In this document: positions 47,461 through 60,495 of the stretch, in pieces
Layout: each line of letters opens with the position of its first letter
Position numbering within the stretch: the first letter of the stretch is position 1
DNA from: Macrostomum lignano
Taxonomy: Eukaryota
Assembly (NCBI GenBank): GCA_002269645.1
Contig: NIVC01001407.1
Span: forward strand, 124,001-188,000
Reading direction: 5' to 3'
Length of the DNA: 64,000 nt
Notes under the pieces: generated by a model
Seen by the model: only the letters and a program-made list of their open reading frames with translations
Told to the model about the DNA's origin: nothing
The model's database searches: none
Made by a program: the position numbers and the translations under genes

Positions 47461-48937
47461 GTCAGAATTGGTTCATCGGTGGTTCTTTTTGTGGTGAATT
47501 CAGAAGTAGTCGAAGAAGAAGGTGGAAACTGGAAAGCATAAAAGATCGATCTTGCCTTTGTAGCGGCATGCTTGCTGCATATGTATACAAATTAATAGAG
47601 AACGTTCCGGAAAATCTGGGAGTTTCTGGAATAATACCCGATAATAACAAAGGTAATAAGCGGATATGATATGCGTTAGTTGATGTACATGTTATGACAT
47701 TTGCAAACTGTAGAAGAAATAACTAACATTCTCAGGTCATTTCGTCAACTGACTAATGAACCAATCTAAAACCTTGGTCATTTCGTCAACTGCAAGTGAG
47801 ACCACCTTAAAATGTTAGTCAATTCGTCAACCCAGTTGACGAACTAGCAGTTGACGAAATGACCAGCACCCATTCAAGGGTGGTGGGGGTTGGAATTAAA
47901 CGAACGATTCGAGAAGATAGCCTATAATATCATATTCTGATAGGCCTATTCATACTATATTATAGTCTATATAGTATAATGATATTTTGTGCATTAAAAT
48001 TTATCAGTTACAATAATCTTTCCATTACTCAATGCTAAGGTACATAAGTATCTAATACTCGATGAAGAACGCCACACCACACCACATGGATGGGCGTGGG
48101 CGTGGGCGTACGTACCATGACCGGATTTTCAGTTAGTAGTAAGAGTAAGAGAATTTGGCTCAGGCAATTAGCCTGTTTGGCCAATATATTATAGAGCTAT
48201 GTATTTGGAAAAATTTTCGAAATAGAAGTTTATAAAGACGATTTGCCGAGTTATTGTAAAAGATAAAGTATTTGAAAGCGCGCCAGAATTTTTACGGTAT
48301 TTTTGGACGAAAAGTGACGACTAACAACTAACAACGAGTATAAATATGTCTATCTATCTATCTATGTGATCGATTAGAGAAAAAATGGCTGGACCGATTT
48401 TGTTCAAACTTGCACTGTTCGATCAGAAATTTTCCCGTGACTGTACATGCATCGCGGCTAAGAAATTGCTCGATGCTAAAGGCATTAAATATTCGAAAAA
48501 CATGCTTTTTTGCAAAGGTCAAGCAAACTTTTCGACTTGAAATGCATTGTAAGAATGCTAGAGAAAAAACTGACTGGTTGGTTCTGATTCTGAAATAGAT
48601 TGTGTCATAACTGAATTGTAACTCCGACTTGAATTGAAAATGCAGTGTGGAAGCGTAGCACCAGACTTGATTTAAATTGCGTAACCATATTGTTAACTGA
48701 TACTGACTGACTGAGAAACTGATTATGTCATAACTGCCTCGTGTGATTTACTCTATGCTTGGATTTTAAAGTGTTGAATTATTTAAGTGCAAAATTTGAT
48801 GTTATCAAAAGATGAGAGCTAGCCTAGAGGAAAACAGACTGAACTGCTAAAGCAGCGACGATGGTTCGAATTTTCATAGAGTATAATTTTTTTAATTAAA
48901 GCTTTTCAACGTCAGGAAAACTAAAAGACTTTTTAAA

Positions 48938-50830
48938 AAGAAGCGTCATGTAAAAATCATAGAAGCGTCATGTAAAAAATCATAGAAGCGTCATATAAAC
49001 AATCATAGAAGCGTCATGTAAAAAATCATAGAAGCGTCATGTAAACAATCATGGAAGCGTCATGTAAACAATCATAGAAGCGTCATGTAAACAATCATAG
49101 AAGCGTCATGTAAAAAATCATAGAAGCGTCATGTAAACAATCAAAGAAGCGTCATGTAAACAATCATAGAAGCGTCATGTAATCAATCATAGAAGCGTCA
49201 TGTAAACAATCATAGAAGCGTCATGTAAACAATCATAGAAGCGTCATGTAAACAATCATAGAAGCGTCATGTAAACAATCATAGAAGCGTCATGTAAACA
49301 ATCATAGAAGCGTCATGTAAACAATCATAGAAGCGTCATGTAAACAATCATAGAAGCGTCATGTAAAAAATCGTAGAAGCGTCATATAAAAATCATAGAA
49401 GCGTCATTTTAAAAATCATAGAAGCGTCTTGTAAAAAATCATAAAAGCGTCAAATAAAAATCATAGAAGCGTCATTTAAAAAATCATAGAAGCGTCAATA
49501 TGTAAACAATCATAGAAGCGTCATGTAAAAAATCGTAGAAGCGTCATATAAAAATAATAGAAGCGCCATTAAAAAATCATAGAAGCGTCATGTAAAAAAT
49601 CATAAGAAGCGTCATGTAAACAATCATAGAAGCGTCATATAAAAATCATAGAAGCGTCATATAAAATATCATAGAAGCGTCATGTAAACAATCATAGAAG
49701 CGTCATGTAAAAAATCATAAAAGCGTCAAATAAAAATCATAGAAGCGTCATTTAAAAAATCATAGAAGCGTCAATATGTAAACAATCATAGAAGCGTCAT
49801 GTAAAAAATCGTAGAAGCGTCATATAAAAATAATAGAAGCGCCATTAAAAAAATCATAGAAGCGTCATGTAAAAAATCATAGAAGCGTCATATAAAAATC
49901 ATATAAGCGTCATATAAAATATCATAGAAGCGTCATGTAAACAATCATAGAAGCGTCATGTAAACAATCATAGAAGCGTCATGTAAACAATCATAGAAGC
50001 GTCATGTAAAAAATCATAGAAGCGTCATGTAAAAAATCATAGAAGCGTCATGTAAACAGTCATAGAAGCGTCATGTAAAAAATCGTAGAAGCGTCATATA
50101 AAAATCATAGAAGCGTCATTTAAAAAAATCATAGAAGCGTCATGTAAACAATCATAGAAGCGTCATGTAAAAAATCGTAGAAGCGTCATATTAAAATCAT
50201 AGAAGCGTCATTTAAAAAGTCATAGAAGCGTCATGTAAACAATCATAGAAACGTCATGTAAACAATCATAGAAGCGTCATGTAAACAATCATAGAAGCGT
50301 CATGTAAACAATCATAGAAGCGTCATATTAAAATCATAGAAGCGTCATTTAAAAAGTCATAGAAGCGTCATATAAAAATCATAGAAGCGTCATATAAAAT
50401 ATCATAGAAGCGTCATGTAAAAATCATAGAAGCGTCATGTAAACAATCATAGAAGCGTCATATTAAAATCATAGAAGCGTCATATAAAAATCATTGAAGC
50501 GTCATATAAAATATCATAGAAGCGTCATGTAAAAATCATAGAAGCGTCATGTAAACAATCATAGAAGCGTCATGTAAACAATCATAGAAGCGTCATGTAA
50601 AAAATTATAGAAGCGTCATGTAAACAATCATAGAAACGTCATGTAAACAATCATAGAAGCGTCATGTAAACAATCATAGAAGCGTCATGTAAACAATCAT
50701 AGAAGCGTCATATTAAAATCATAGAAGCGTCATTTAAAAAGTCATAGAAGCGTCATATAAAAATCATAGAAGCGTCATATAAAATATCATAGAAGCGTCA
50801 TGTAAAAATCATAGAAGCCTCATTTAAAAC
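48938..50830. repeat. 23-bp minisatellite (TAGAAGCGTCATGTAAACAATCA)n, ~1.9 kb
   Basis: Directly visible array with variant units and higher-order blocks. Confidence 0.97.
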
Positions 50831-51720
50831 TAATGAAAGTGTCATTTAAAAATTAAGAAGCATCATGGTAGAATAAAAGAAGCGTCGTGTCAGACATGAA
50901 GGGTGTCATGTAAAAATTAAATGCAGCTATAATGCTGTGCTGGGGAGAAAAACTGAGACGTAAAGGCTCTCAGAGAATAACTGAGATTACGGGGGGGTTT
51001 CTGAGATGTCAAAGCAAAAGTCAGAAGCTAATTCAAAGTTCATGTACTTTACTCAATTTTTTTTATTGCATTCTTTGTTGGCTCGCCACGGGGGGGGCGC
51101 TGATAGAAGAAGAGTCATGTAAAAAATAAAAGTAGCACTACGTATACATAAAAGAAAAGTCATGTCGAAGTTAAAAGATTCATTTGGGAATCGCTACGAT
51201 GTCAAAGCTTGGTGGAAATCGTTATAGTGCTGTGATTCTTAAAGAAGGAATCACTAAAATGTCAAGGCTTAGGGGAGAAGAATTGCTGAGATTTCAAGGC
51301 TTTAGGTTGGGTTAAAGTTAGGTTTAGGTCAGGTTTGGGTTGAGGGTTATATTTTATCGGGTTTCAAGGTTAACAGGGGATTTTTTAGATTTCAAGGTTT
51401 ATGGGGGCCATCGCTGACATGTCAAGGCTTACGGGGGAATAGCTGAGATGTCAAGGCTCACGGGGTATAAATGAGATTTCAAGGCTAAAGTCAGAAGCTA
51501 CATGTAGTTTATTGAAAACTTTTTATTACATTATTTGATGCCTCCTCAGGGGAGGGATCGCTGATAAAAAAAGCGTAATGTAAAAAATAAAAGAAGCTTC
51601 ATGTCGAAGTTAAGAGATTCATTTGGGAATCCCTACGATGTCGAGGCTTGCAGGGAATCGCTATAATGCTGTAGTAGTGCTATTATGACTCTTAGAGAGA
51701 ATTACTGGAATTTCAATGCT

Positions 51721-51794
51721 TTAGGGTTAGGTTAGGGTTAGGGTTAGGGTTAGGGTTAGGGTTAGGGTTAGGGTTAGGCTAGGGTTAGGGTTAG
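51721..51794 (+). repeat. Interstitial telomeric-type repeat (TTAGGG)n, ~12 units
   Basis: Directly visible; a degenerate counterpart lies at ~51301-51348. Confidence 0.9.
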
Positions 51795-52639
51795 AAGGTT
51801 GACAGATATTTTTAGATTTCCAAGGCTTATTGGGGGCATTGCTGAGATGTCAAGGGGGAAGTTGATATGTTAAAGCTTGTGGGGGGGGAATTACTGACAT
51901 GTCAAGGCTTACAAGGTTTGACAGGAGATTTTTTAAGATTTCAAGGATACATGTAGCTTATTAAAAAAACGTGTATTGCATTTCCTTGGCTCCCCAACGG
52001 GGGGCGTAGATTGCTAGTATTAATACAAAAATGAGTACAAATTACGAGGTATAGCTTTAATTGCGATATTCCTACTCTTATAGGCGCGGAGACCCAAAAA
52101 ATCAAAGAATCAAAGGGGGACCAAGCGAATTTTCGCCAAAACAGAGCCACCCCGTCCGCCCCACCTCCCAGGACTTTACCCTCCAGAATCCGCCCCCCTC
52201 ATAAAATTTCTGGTTGCACTACTGAACGAAAGTTTCCTTACACACCCTCTCTTCAATATAAATTTATAATTATATTATATTTCAATATAAAATTATAATA
52301 TTAATTACATATTATAATTATAATTATAATTATAAAAAAGATATTTAATTTATCTGCACTTTCTTTGAAAATTTAACCTCATAAAAATAAAATATAAGCA
52401 TTAAAAGTGATGCTCACATGTCTTTTGCTGAGCAAAACTGTCACTCTATAATGATGGTATTAAATATTTACGCGTAGATGAACTTTGTTTTAGTTTTTAG
52501 TTACAAGACTAGAAAAAAAATTACCTGGGACTATATGAAGTATAACTTGTTTCAACTAATTGTTTTACTTAAATGAATAAAAAATATATACACTGTAAAA
52601 GTTAGCTCATAAAAGCAACAACAACAACAAATTATGCAG

Positions 52640-53650
52640 CTAGCAATCAAAGTCACAGAGCAGGGTGCTTCAGATGGCGCGCCGCAGAGCCTGAGAGCGG
52701 ACGAAGTCCGCCCCGTTGGCAGTGTCGGGCGCCCTGGCGTCGCGTACGTAGGAGGCAGTCCACGTATCGACGGGTTTGGGCCTGACCCCGCCTGAGCGGA
52801 CCCTGCAGAGTGAGCAACAGGACGTCCTGAACAGGTTGGGGGCAGTAGCCCTCGGCCCGGATCACGTACGTGGCCCGCCAGTTGAAGTCGCCGCCGGCGC
52901 AGGATGGTGGACGGGCGCTGCAGCTTGGCCCGATCGTACAGGGCCTCAGTCCCGACGCTCTCATCAGCTCGAAAGGTCGCACGGAGCAGCCCTGAATGCG
53001 CCGAGTCCAGCTGCCGCTCTTAAGCGTAGCCGTCAGTGTCCACGTCTTGGCGTTGTAGAGCACACCGCCTGCCACAGCCGACGAGCCCTCTAGCGGTCGG
53101 GCAGCGCTTCGGACTGGACGTCGGCCCGGATCGAACGGAAGGCCGCCCAGGCAAGTCCTCGGCGCCGCCGGATCGAGGTCTTCGTCCACGTGAGGCACCA
53201 GACCGCCGAGTAGGTGATCCCGCTGGTAGCGTGCGCGCGAGCGTGGTCATCTGCCCGTCTGCGAGGCGAAATGTCAGGTCCGCTAGCGCTGGGATGTCGG
53301 CCGGCACAGTCAGCACCTAGGTCTTTAGCGTGTTGACAACCAGTCCGACGCTCAATGCCACCTTGACCAACCTGTCGATCTGGCGGGATGCCACCTTGAA
53401 CGGACGAGGACAGGAGGGCGAGTTCGTCGGCGTAGCCAAGCAAATAATAATAAAGCGCTTTTCGCCGTGGCGGCGACCGATGCGTCTGCGCAGCGCAGGA
53501 AGCCGTCGTTAGCCGAGGAGACTGCGGTCCGAAGCACCCAGTGGCAGCAGCACGAAGAGAAACGGCGCCAAAGTGTCGCCATGCAGAACTCCTGATGAAG
53601 TGTCGAACTGATGATGATTTACATGTATGTAATCGCCCTATAGTGAACCG
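52640..53650 (-). mobile_element. 5'-truncated RTE-clade LINE (RT C-terminal half, frameshifted)
   Basis: Minus-strand motifs SGVLHGDTLAPFLFVL, LGYADELALLSS, VGLVVNTLKT, RRRGLAWAAFR. Confidence 0.85.
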
Positions 53651-54179
53651 TCTTCTCATGGGGGAAGGATCAGATCGTATGACTATATGGATGGCTGCCA
53701 GCCGTCTATGACCAGACTATGACCGACAGATCGCCCTTCAGGTTGTCCCGCCCATGCATATTGATAACTTTTTGGTAGTGCTATATTAGAGACGCGGTAA
53801 GGACCCAAATGTGCCCCATCGATAGCTAAGGTGCAAATATTGATCATTGGGTTATTGCATGACCCACTGGCTGCCACCACTCTGTGACCTGGCAAACCTG
53901 GATCTACGGTATGACCAGACCTGGCGAGGCCGGAGCCCCGCCTGGGATGGGTATCAAAGGGTTGGAGCTAGCGGCGAGCAGCATGCAGCCGAATAGCTAA
54001 TAGGAATCTGCTTGGGCACAAATCGAGAACTCCGGGATCATACAGACGGATTTTTATCAGGGGATCTTTTAAGGCTGTGATGACATACGGTTCAGATTGC
54101 AAAAAGTACATGTAGTGTATAGAGAACACGTAGAACAGCTATACGTGTACATCTAGTTTGGATTGATCAATGGGTTCGG

Positions 54180-54460
54180 GCCTGGCTCTTCATATGAAAG
54201 GTTTTTTCTCCACGGAGCACCAGACCGCTGATGTGATGAACCACTGCTGGCAGCGTGCGTCTGCGTCGTGGCATGTCAGGTCCGCTGATACGTCAGCAGA
54301 CACAGTCAGCATCTCGGTCTTCAATATGCTGTCAACGCTTGAACCCACCTCTTTCTGTGCTTTCAACAGACGAGAAAAAGAGGCTGAGGTCGCCAGCGTT
54401 GCCAAACAAGCTCAGGTGTTTTTTGCCGCTGTGGCGAACGATGCGTCTCCACAACAGATA
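54180..54460 (-). mobile_element. More degraded RTE fragment
   Basis: Aligns by eye to 53270-53500 (CACAGTCAGCA..GGTCTT; KHLSLFGNAGDLSL around the YADD position). Confidence 0.6.
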
Positions 54461-54478
54461 AAAAAGCAGGAAGAAATC

Positions 54479-54832
54479 TCTCCATTTCAGCATTCGAGGT
54501 GTGCCACGAAGCTCACAGATGTTCAATTGAAAAGAAATTTTTGGTGTAAAGTCTACTCAGATGTTATATTGCAAAAATTCTTTTAGTTTAATTTTAAAAA
54601 GATTTTCCTTGCTGAAGTATGCATTTGATTTTTTTGTACAGTCACCATCTACGTCGTAAATTCTAAAGAAAATTCACTCCATTTCAGCATTCGAGGTGTG
54701 CCACGAAGCTCACAGATGTTCAATTGAAAAGATATTTTTTGTGTAAGGTCTACTCAGATGTTATATTGCAAAAATGCTTTTAGTTTAATTTTGAAAAGAT
54801 TTTCCTTACTGTAGTATGCATTTGATTTTTTG
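54479..54832. repeat. Direct duplication of a ~155-bp unit (period 199 bp)
   Basis: CTCCATTTCAGCATTCGAGGTGTGCC...GTATGCATTTGATTTTT at 54479 and 54678. Confidence 0.85.
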
Positions 54833-55304
54833 TTTATTTATTTTCGTGGAACTGAACGTGGAACTGAAAATCCGGTCATGTACGTACCTTGATGCGTCCG
54901 TACGCATTTAAAGATAGATAGATAGATGCGCGCATTTAAAACGAGCGTTTTCGTAGAAATCAAGTACGCGTCAATAGCAAACGCCCTGTATTCAAGGAAG
55001 ACGAGACACGTTTGTTTTATTGTGTGTTTTACAGCTTTTACTCTTTGTACGCTTATGCCTTATTGACTACATGCTGCCATATCCTTACCCAAAGCTAACG
55101 TTTGTTTGACTCCCCTCCTTGTCCCACAGTTTACTACCGCATATCTCTCACTATACCTTTAGCTTTACATTTTTATCTACATGCCTATAGTCTCACTATT
55201 TTGCTTGCCTCAAGGACAACTAAAGCAATATATACAGAACGCGGCTCTCACGCGTGCGTTTCAGTGAAAAAGTTTTGAAAGGCCACTTAGATAAATATAT
55301 AGAT

Positions 55305-56377
<1,073 letters not shown>

Positions 56378-56829
56378 GGCAATGGCCGAGGTTGAATCTA
56401 ATTAGAAATCATGGAAAAGGCACTGAATGTCATCCTGATTCTATATCTAGAAAGTTCTGAGTTTATTCCCAAGTAATAATTCATTTCAATATTTACGAGA
56501 CAATTCCCATAAAATTTAGTTCCATATTGGTTTGCCCAGGCAAATCCGTGGAATTTCCGCGGATTTTCGTTCCACTACTTGCGGTACTACCTAGTTCATT
56601 TGCGAGCAAGGACGTATTGTTATAATAATATCATAGAATTTTTTAACTCGTGTATTTTTTAACTCTAGCAAAATTAATATCACATTTCTCCAGCCAGCTG
56701 CAAACATCTCAGCCACGCGTGGAAATCAAATTGGAGCAAACATGGGTGTTTTTGTTATTTAAATATCCAGCTTATTTTTATTTGCAACAACAACAAAAAC
56801 AAAATACGCGGCCCCGCATGTACTTTGTA

Positions 56830-57205
56830 AGGTACCAGTTAGAGCAGGGCGCGTCAGATGGCGCGCCACAAAGCCTGCATGGGAGCGGACAAAGTCCGCT
56901 CCGTTGGCAGTGTCGGCCGCACCCCAGCGTCGCACAGCAGGCAGTCCACGCATCGACGGGTTCGGGCCTGACCACGCCTGAACGGGCCCTGCAAGGTGAG
57001 CAGCAGGACGTCCTGAACAGGTTGGGGCAGTAGCCCTCGGCCCGGATCACGTGGCCCGCCAGTTGAAGTCGCCGCCGGCGCAGGATGATGGACGGATGCT
57101 GCAGCTTGGCTCGATCGTACAGGGCCTCGGTCCCGACGCTCTCGTCAGCTCGAAAGGCTGCATTGAGCAGCCTGAGTGCGCCGAGTCCAGCTGCCGAGTC
57201 GCTGC
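56830..57205 (-). mobile_element. 3'-end RTE LINE fragment
   Basis: Highly similar to 52650-53020 (LQLAGHVIRAEGYCP..). Confidence 0.85.
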
Positions 57206-58300
57206 TAAAAATCACTTATCATGGTATCGACGATATAGCGTGCAATGTGGATGCAACCACATATTACGATAATAATCATTTGAAGTGAGCAGTACATGTA
57301 AGTACAATGTACAGTACCCATGCATAGCCTACACGATCTTAGAGATTTGTTTCAAGAGCTGCATGTACATGTATGACACATGTAAAAACCATATAGCGGT
57401 ACAGCTGCAGTAATAGAGAAAAGTATTTATTTGCCCTCGTAGGTCCAGGGTTGGCTAAAAATGATCGCGACCTGATGGTACCAGTACATGTAGTTGCAGT
57501 GTTGTTTACGTCGTATTGACTGCAAGGTAAAGTACTCTATACTACAGGCCTAGGTACCGCTATCTTGTCATCTCACTCGAAAAAAATTTTAACCATGTAT
57601 GTAAATGTTCATTTTTTATACTAAGCAATGTACAGAGTACACGATCAGCACAGACCAGCAGCTATACTTTAAGAGGACTCGATTTCGTAGTTTTATGCTC
57701 TTATCTGAAAGGTCCAGACTGTCAGTAATCAAAGTAATAAAAACTAGGGACTCACAAACAAAAACGTAAACCCATGATCGTAAGTATACTCCGACTCAAA
57801 AAACGGCGTTTGTATCTCACACCATTCACTGCGTGATGGCACATACTCCATATATTTTGCCAAGAAAAAAATAATTGCTCATTCTAAAAATCTTGACATC
57901 GTACACTTGAAAATCTTAGCGCTACTCTAAACCATATTTTTCATTAATTAGTATATGCCACTAAACCTATCCGTTTTAGCAAGCCAAAAAGAATTAAATT
58001 TTCAACACCGAAGGAAAATTATATTGATTGGAACCCCATGCATTAACTCAACAAAACGTGCAAAAGCACAATTGGAACCGGCAAATTAGCTGGTAATTAA
58101 CAAAAACAGAAAACGTAATTTATATAGCCGCTCACACAGACCAGTTTGAGCTTTGCCACCTACGAGCTACCATTCTTTTCTGCAACTCTGCCTTTTGTAA
58201 GCCATATGGTCTAACCACGAAAATATCTACTTACAAAATCAAGGCCCTCAGCATTTTGCATGTACCTAACACCTGCATATAAACAAATGAACTCGGGAGG

Positions 58301-58755
58301 GAGGGTTGCTTTCACAAGCTCGAAATTTCATAAGCTCGAAAACCATTTTAGCAGCCACTTTCACAAACCCGAAACTTCATAAGCTCGAAATTTCATATCC
58401 TCGAAAATTTTAGCAAGCGACTTCACTAGCTCGAAATTTCACAAGCTCGAAATTTCACAACCTCGAAAACCGTTTGTGAAAGTGGGCTGCTAGAATGGTT
58501 ATCGAGGTTGTGAAATTTCGAGCTTGTGAAGCCAGCTGCCAGCCAGTTTCGGGTTTGTGAAAGGAAGTGCTTTTCGAGGTTGTGAAGCGACCCCTCGGGG
58601 GATCGGGGGGGGGGCATCACAAACCCAAAAAAGCACAACCTGCGAAAATGCTAGCAATGTCCAACACTATGTTGGTTTTCAGAGTTGTGGTATTTCGGAT
58701 TTATGATGGGAAGTGCTTTTGGAGTTGCTATCTTTCAGGTTTATTATGGTGACCC
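58301..58755. mobile_element. Composite foldback MITE with TTCACAAGCTCGAAA subterminal repeats, inserted into the 3' end of the NYN gene
   Basis: Inverted ends GGGTTGCTTTCACAAGCTCG / CGAGGTTGTGAAGCGACCCC plus a second related unit; degenerate 9-bp TSD CTCGGGAGG / CCTGGGAGG. Confidence 0.6.
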
Positions 58756-59768
58756 CCTGGGAGGAACTCGGAGGGAACTCGGGGTGGAATAAGAAAAGCT
58801 TTGTCTTCATAAACCAGGTACTCATAAATGTAATTCTTTACGGTATCTTTAATCTGTTTATATTTCTTCTGAGAAAATTTATCATTGGAAATAAAGGCAG
58901 CATCAAACTGTCTGGTCAAGCGGAGGGCTTCCATGTCGTCATCATCATCTCCAGATTCAGATAAGTTTTGATGTTCAAAAATCGGGAAAAAGCCTTTGGA
59001 TTTAATAATTTTTAAGTTACCATATGGATTGATTTGGGAATATTTAAACACCGTTAAAATGTGAGAATTCGGTAACTCTGTGCGAATTTGATCCACAACA
59101 GTTGAAAAAGCATTGCTAGCGCAAAGGTTGGGCCCATCAACAATGACAAGTGGACCTACATGTACATCGCCAGTACTACTGTTTGAAAAGTAATAAGCAT
59201 AGCGATCTACTTGCAAGCACTTAACAATATCCTCTTTAGCCAATGGCTTTCTACCATCACAAATTGTGGACAAAACACTGGGGGAATGTGGGTTTGATTC
59301 AAACCGATAAGCTACTTTGGATTGTGTAAAAATGTCATTATTAAACCTGTCCTTCAAATTGAAGAAAAGCTGGTCCTCCTTTCGTTGGTCACTGGGCCTT
59401 CCCAACGACCGCAGGTGCAGCCAGTGTTGCAGAACATCTCGAACTGTTGGATGATCCTCGTTGAAGTCCTGGCTCGTTGCTGTGATTTTAATTATCCTTT
59501 TATGCGTTTGATTCTTAGATTCATTGGCAATATTCTGGGAATTTGTTATGATCAGGGGATAAAAACTGTCAGAGTCAATGGCTTTCAATTTATGCCACAC
59601 TGCTTTGTTTGAGACGAGAATAACACAGTTTGACACTGATCTACAATCGCCATTTGTGTTAAAGTGGAATTCTTTAGGCTGATAGCACGAGTAGTTGGAG
59701 GAGTCGTTTTGCATGTAAGTGAGTGGATTAGCTTCCCGAAGCGTCAATATATTAAATAAGCTGTCCAT
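58728..59768 (-). CDS. Intronless protein with a C-terminal Zc3h12a/Regnase-type NYN (PIN-fold) RNase domain, ~346 aa
   Basis: LVIVDGPNL, SGDDDDMEALRLTRQFDAAFISNDKF and YEYLVYEDKAFLIPP match the Regnase/N4BP1 pattern VIDGSN..YDDRFIVKLA..VSND..MYSFVNDKFMPP; N-terminal ~190 aa unrecognised. Confidence 0.78.
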   Translation of the reverse strand: MDSLFNILTLREANPLTYMQNDSSNYSCYQPKEFHFNTNGDCRSVSNCVILVSNKAVWHKLKAIDSDSFYPLIITNSQNIANESKNQTHKRIIKITATSQDFNEDHPTVRDVLQHWLHLRSLGRPSDQRKEDQLFFNLKDRFNNDIFTQSKVAYRFESNPHSPSVLSTICDGRKPLAKEDIVKCLQVDRYAYYFSNSSTGDVHVGPLVIVDGPNLCASNAFSTVVDQIRTELPNSHILTVFKYSQINPYGNLKIIKSKGFFPIFEHQNLSESGDDDDDMEALRLTRQFDAAFISNDKFSQKKYKQIKDTVKNYIYEYLVYEDKAFLIPPRVPSEFLPGGHHNKPER

Positions 59769-59876
59769 AGCAAACGGACAACCAATGAGGATAGACTCTC
59801 TCAACTACACTACCCAATCTTGAACGCAGCCGCTTGCCTGCAAAGCAACGCAGGACAGGCTATAGGACAGCAGGCG

Positions 59877-60335
59877 CAGCTCACAGTACTCTGAGCTCAC
59901 TCTCGGCTCCACCCCATTGCCAACTGCGAGCTAGGATGGGATAGAAGGTAGTAATTATGCCTATCTGCTTGTGGGTGTAGAGCAGGGGTCGGCAAAACTT
60001 TTACCTCCAAGGGCCAGATAGAGAACCCAACGCATGACTGCGGGCCAGAGAAGGAGTGAGAGGAGAGAAGAGAGCTGAGAAGAGGCACTGAGAAGAACTG
60101 AGAAGTTTCAAAAGACCCGAGGGCCGGATAGAGAGGCTTTGCGGGCCGGAGTTTGCCGACCCTTGGTGTAAAGCGTATTGTAAAGCGGATTCAGCCGTTC
60201 AGAGTGTTGGATCGATTCATGACTATGTGCTTAATATAGTTTCAGGCTCATTAGAATGCACAAACCGAACTTGAATGTACTCGTACAACAATGTTGGCAA
60301 TGGGGTGGAACGTGAGCTCAGAGTACTGTGAGCTG
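59877..60335. mobile_element. TIR element (~45-bp inverted ends) upstream of the NYN ORF
   Basis: CAGCTCACAGTACTCTGAGCTCAC..CCACCCCATTGCCAAC is mirrored at 60290-60335; no clear TSD. Confidence 0.6.
59983..60165. mobile_element. hAT-Charlie-type MITE (183 bp)
   Basis: CAGGGGTCGGCAAAACT...AGTTTGCCGACCCTTG; 8-bp TSD GTGTAGAG / GTGTAAAG. Confidence 0.8.
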
Positions 60336-60495
60336 GACCTATTTCTGAGCGTCTATCTCTCTCCCTCTCGATCTGCCTTCCTCGTATTCCTTCTGAACGT
60401 AGGAATCTTTACCGGACTGAATCAGACCAGACTTTGGGCTTTTTATGATCGTGACTTTACATTCCCCTGATCGATTGTTCTCTTTCCTGACTTAC

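Larger units (their letters stand above)
43621..47871. mobile_element. Non-autonomous TIR element with GTCATTTCGTCAACTG subterminal repeats and an 8-bp TSD (MULE/Merlin-like)
   Basis: GGATCCTAGTCATTTCGTCAACTG versus CAGTTGACGAAATGACCAGCACCC; TSD ATTCAAGG (43613-43620, 47872-47879). Confidence 0.75.
43584..47922. mobile_element. Short outer MITE (GGC(A/T)ATCTTCTCGAAT TIRs) split by nested insertions
   Basis: GGCAATCTTCTCGAAT at 43584 and ATTCGAGAAGATAGCC ending 47922; TA-rich flanks. Confidence 0.5.
48335..52017 (+). mobile_element. Second Helitron-like non-autonomous family (5' limit approximate)
   Basis: 5' (TATC)n + AAATGGCTGGACCGATTTT motif; 3' hairpin CCCCAACGGGG followed by CTAG|T. Confidence 0.6.
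48116..54880. mobile_element. Putative P-superfamily-like non-autonomous element enclosing a Helitron-like element and RTE fragments
   Basis: 19-bp perfect TIR CATGACCGGATTTTCAGTT / AACTGAAAATCCGGTCATG; 7-bp palindrome-like TSD TACGTAC (48109-48115, 54881-54887). Confidence 0.6.

Noticed and set aside
51721-51794. True chromosome end
   Set aside because: Short tract with complex sequence on both sides.
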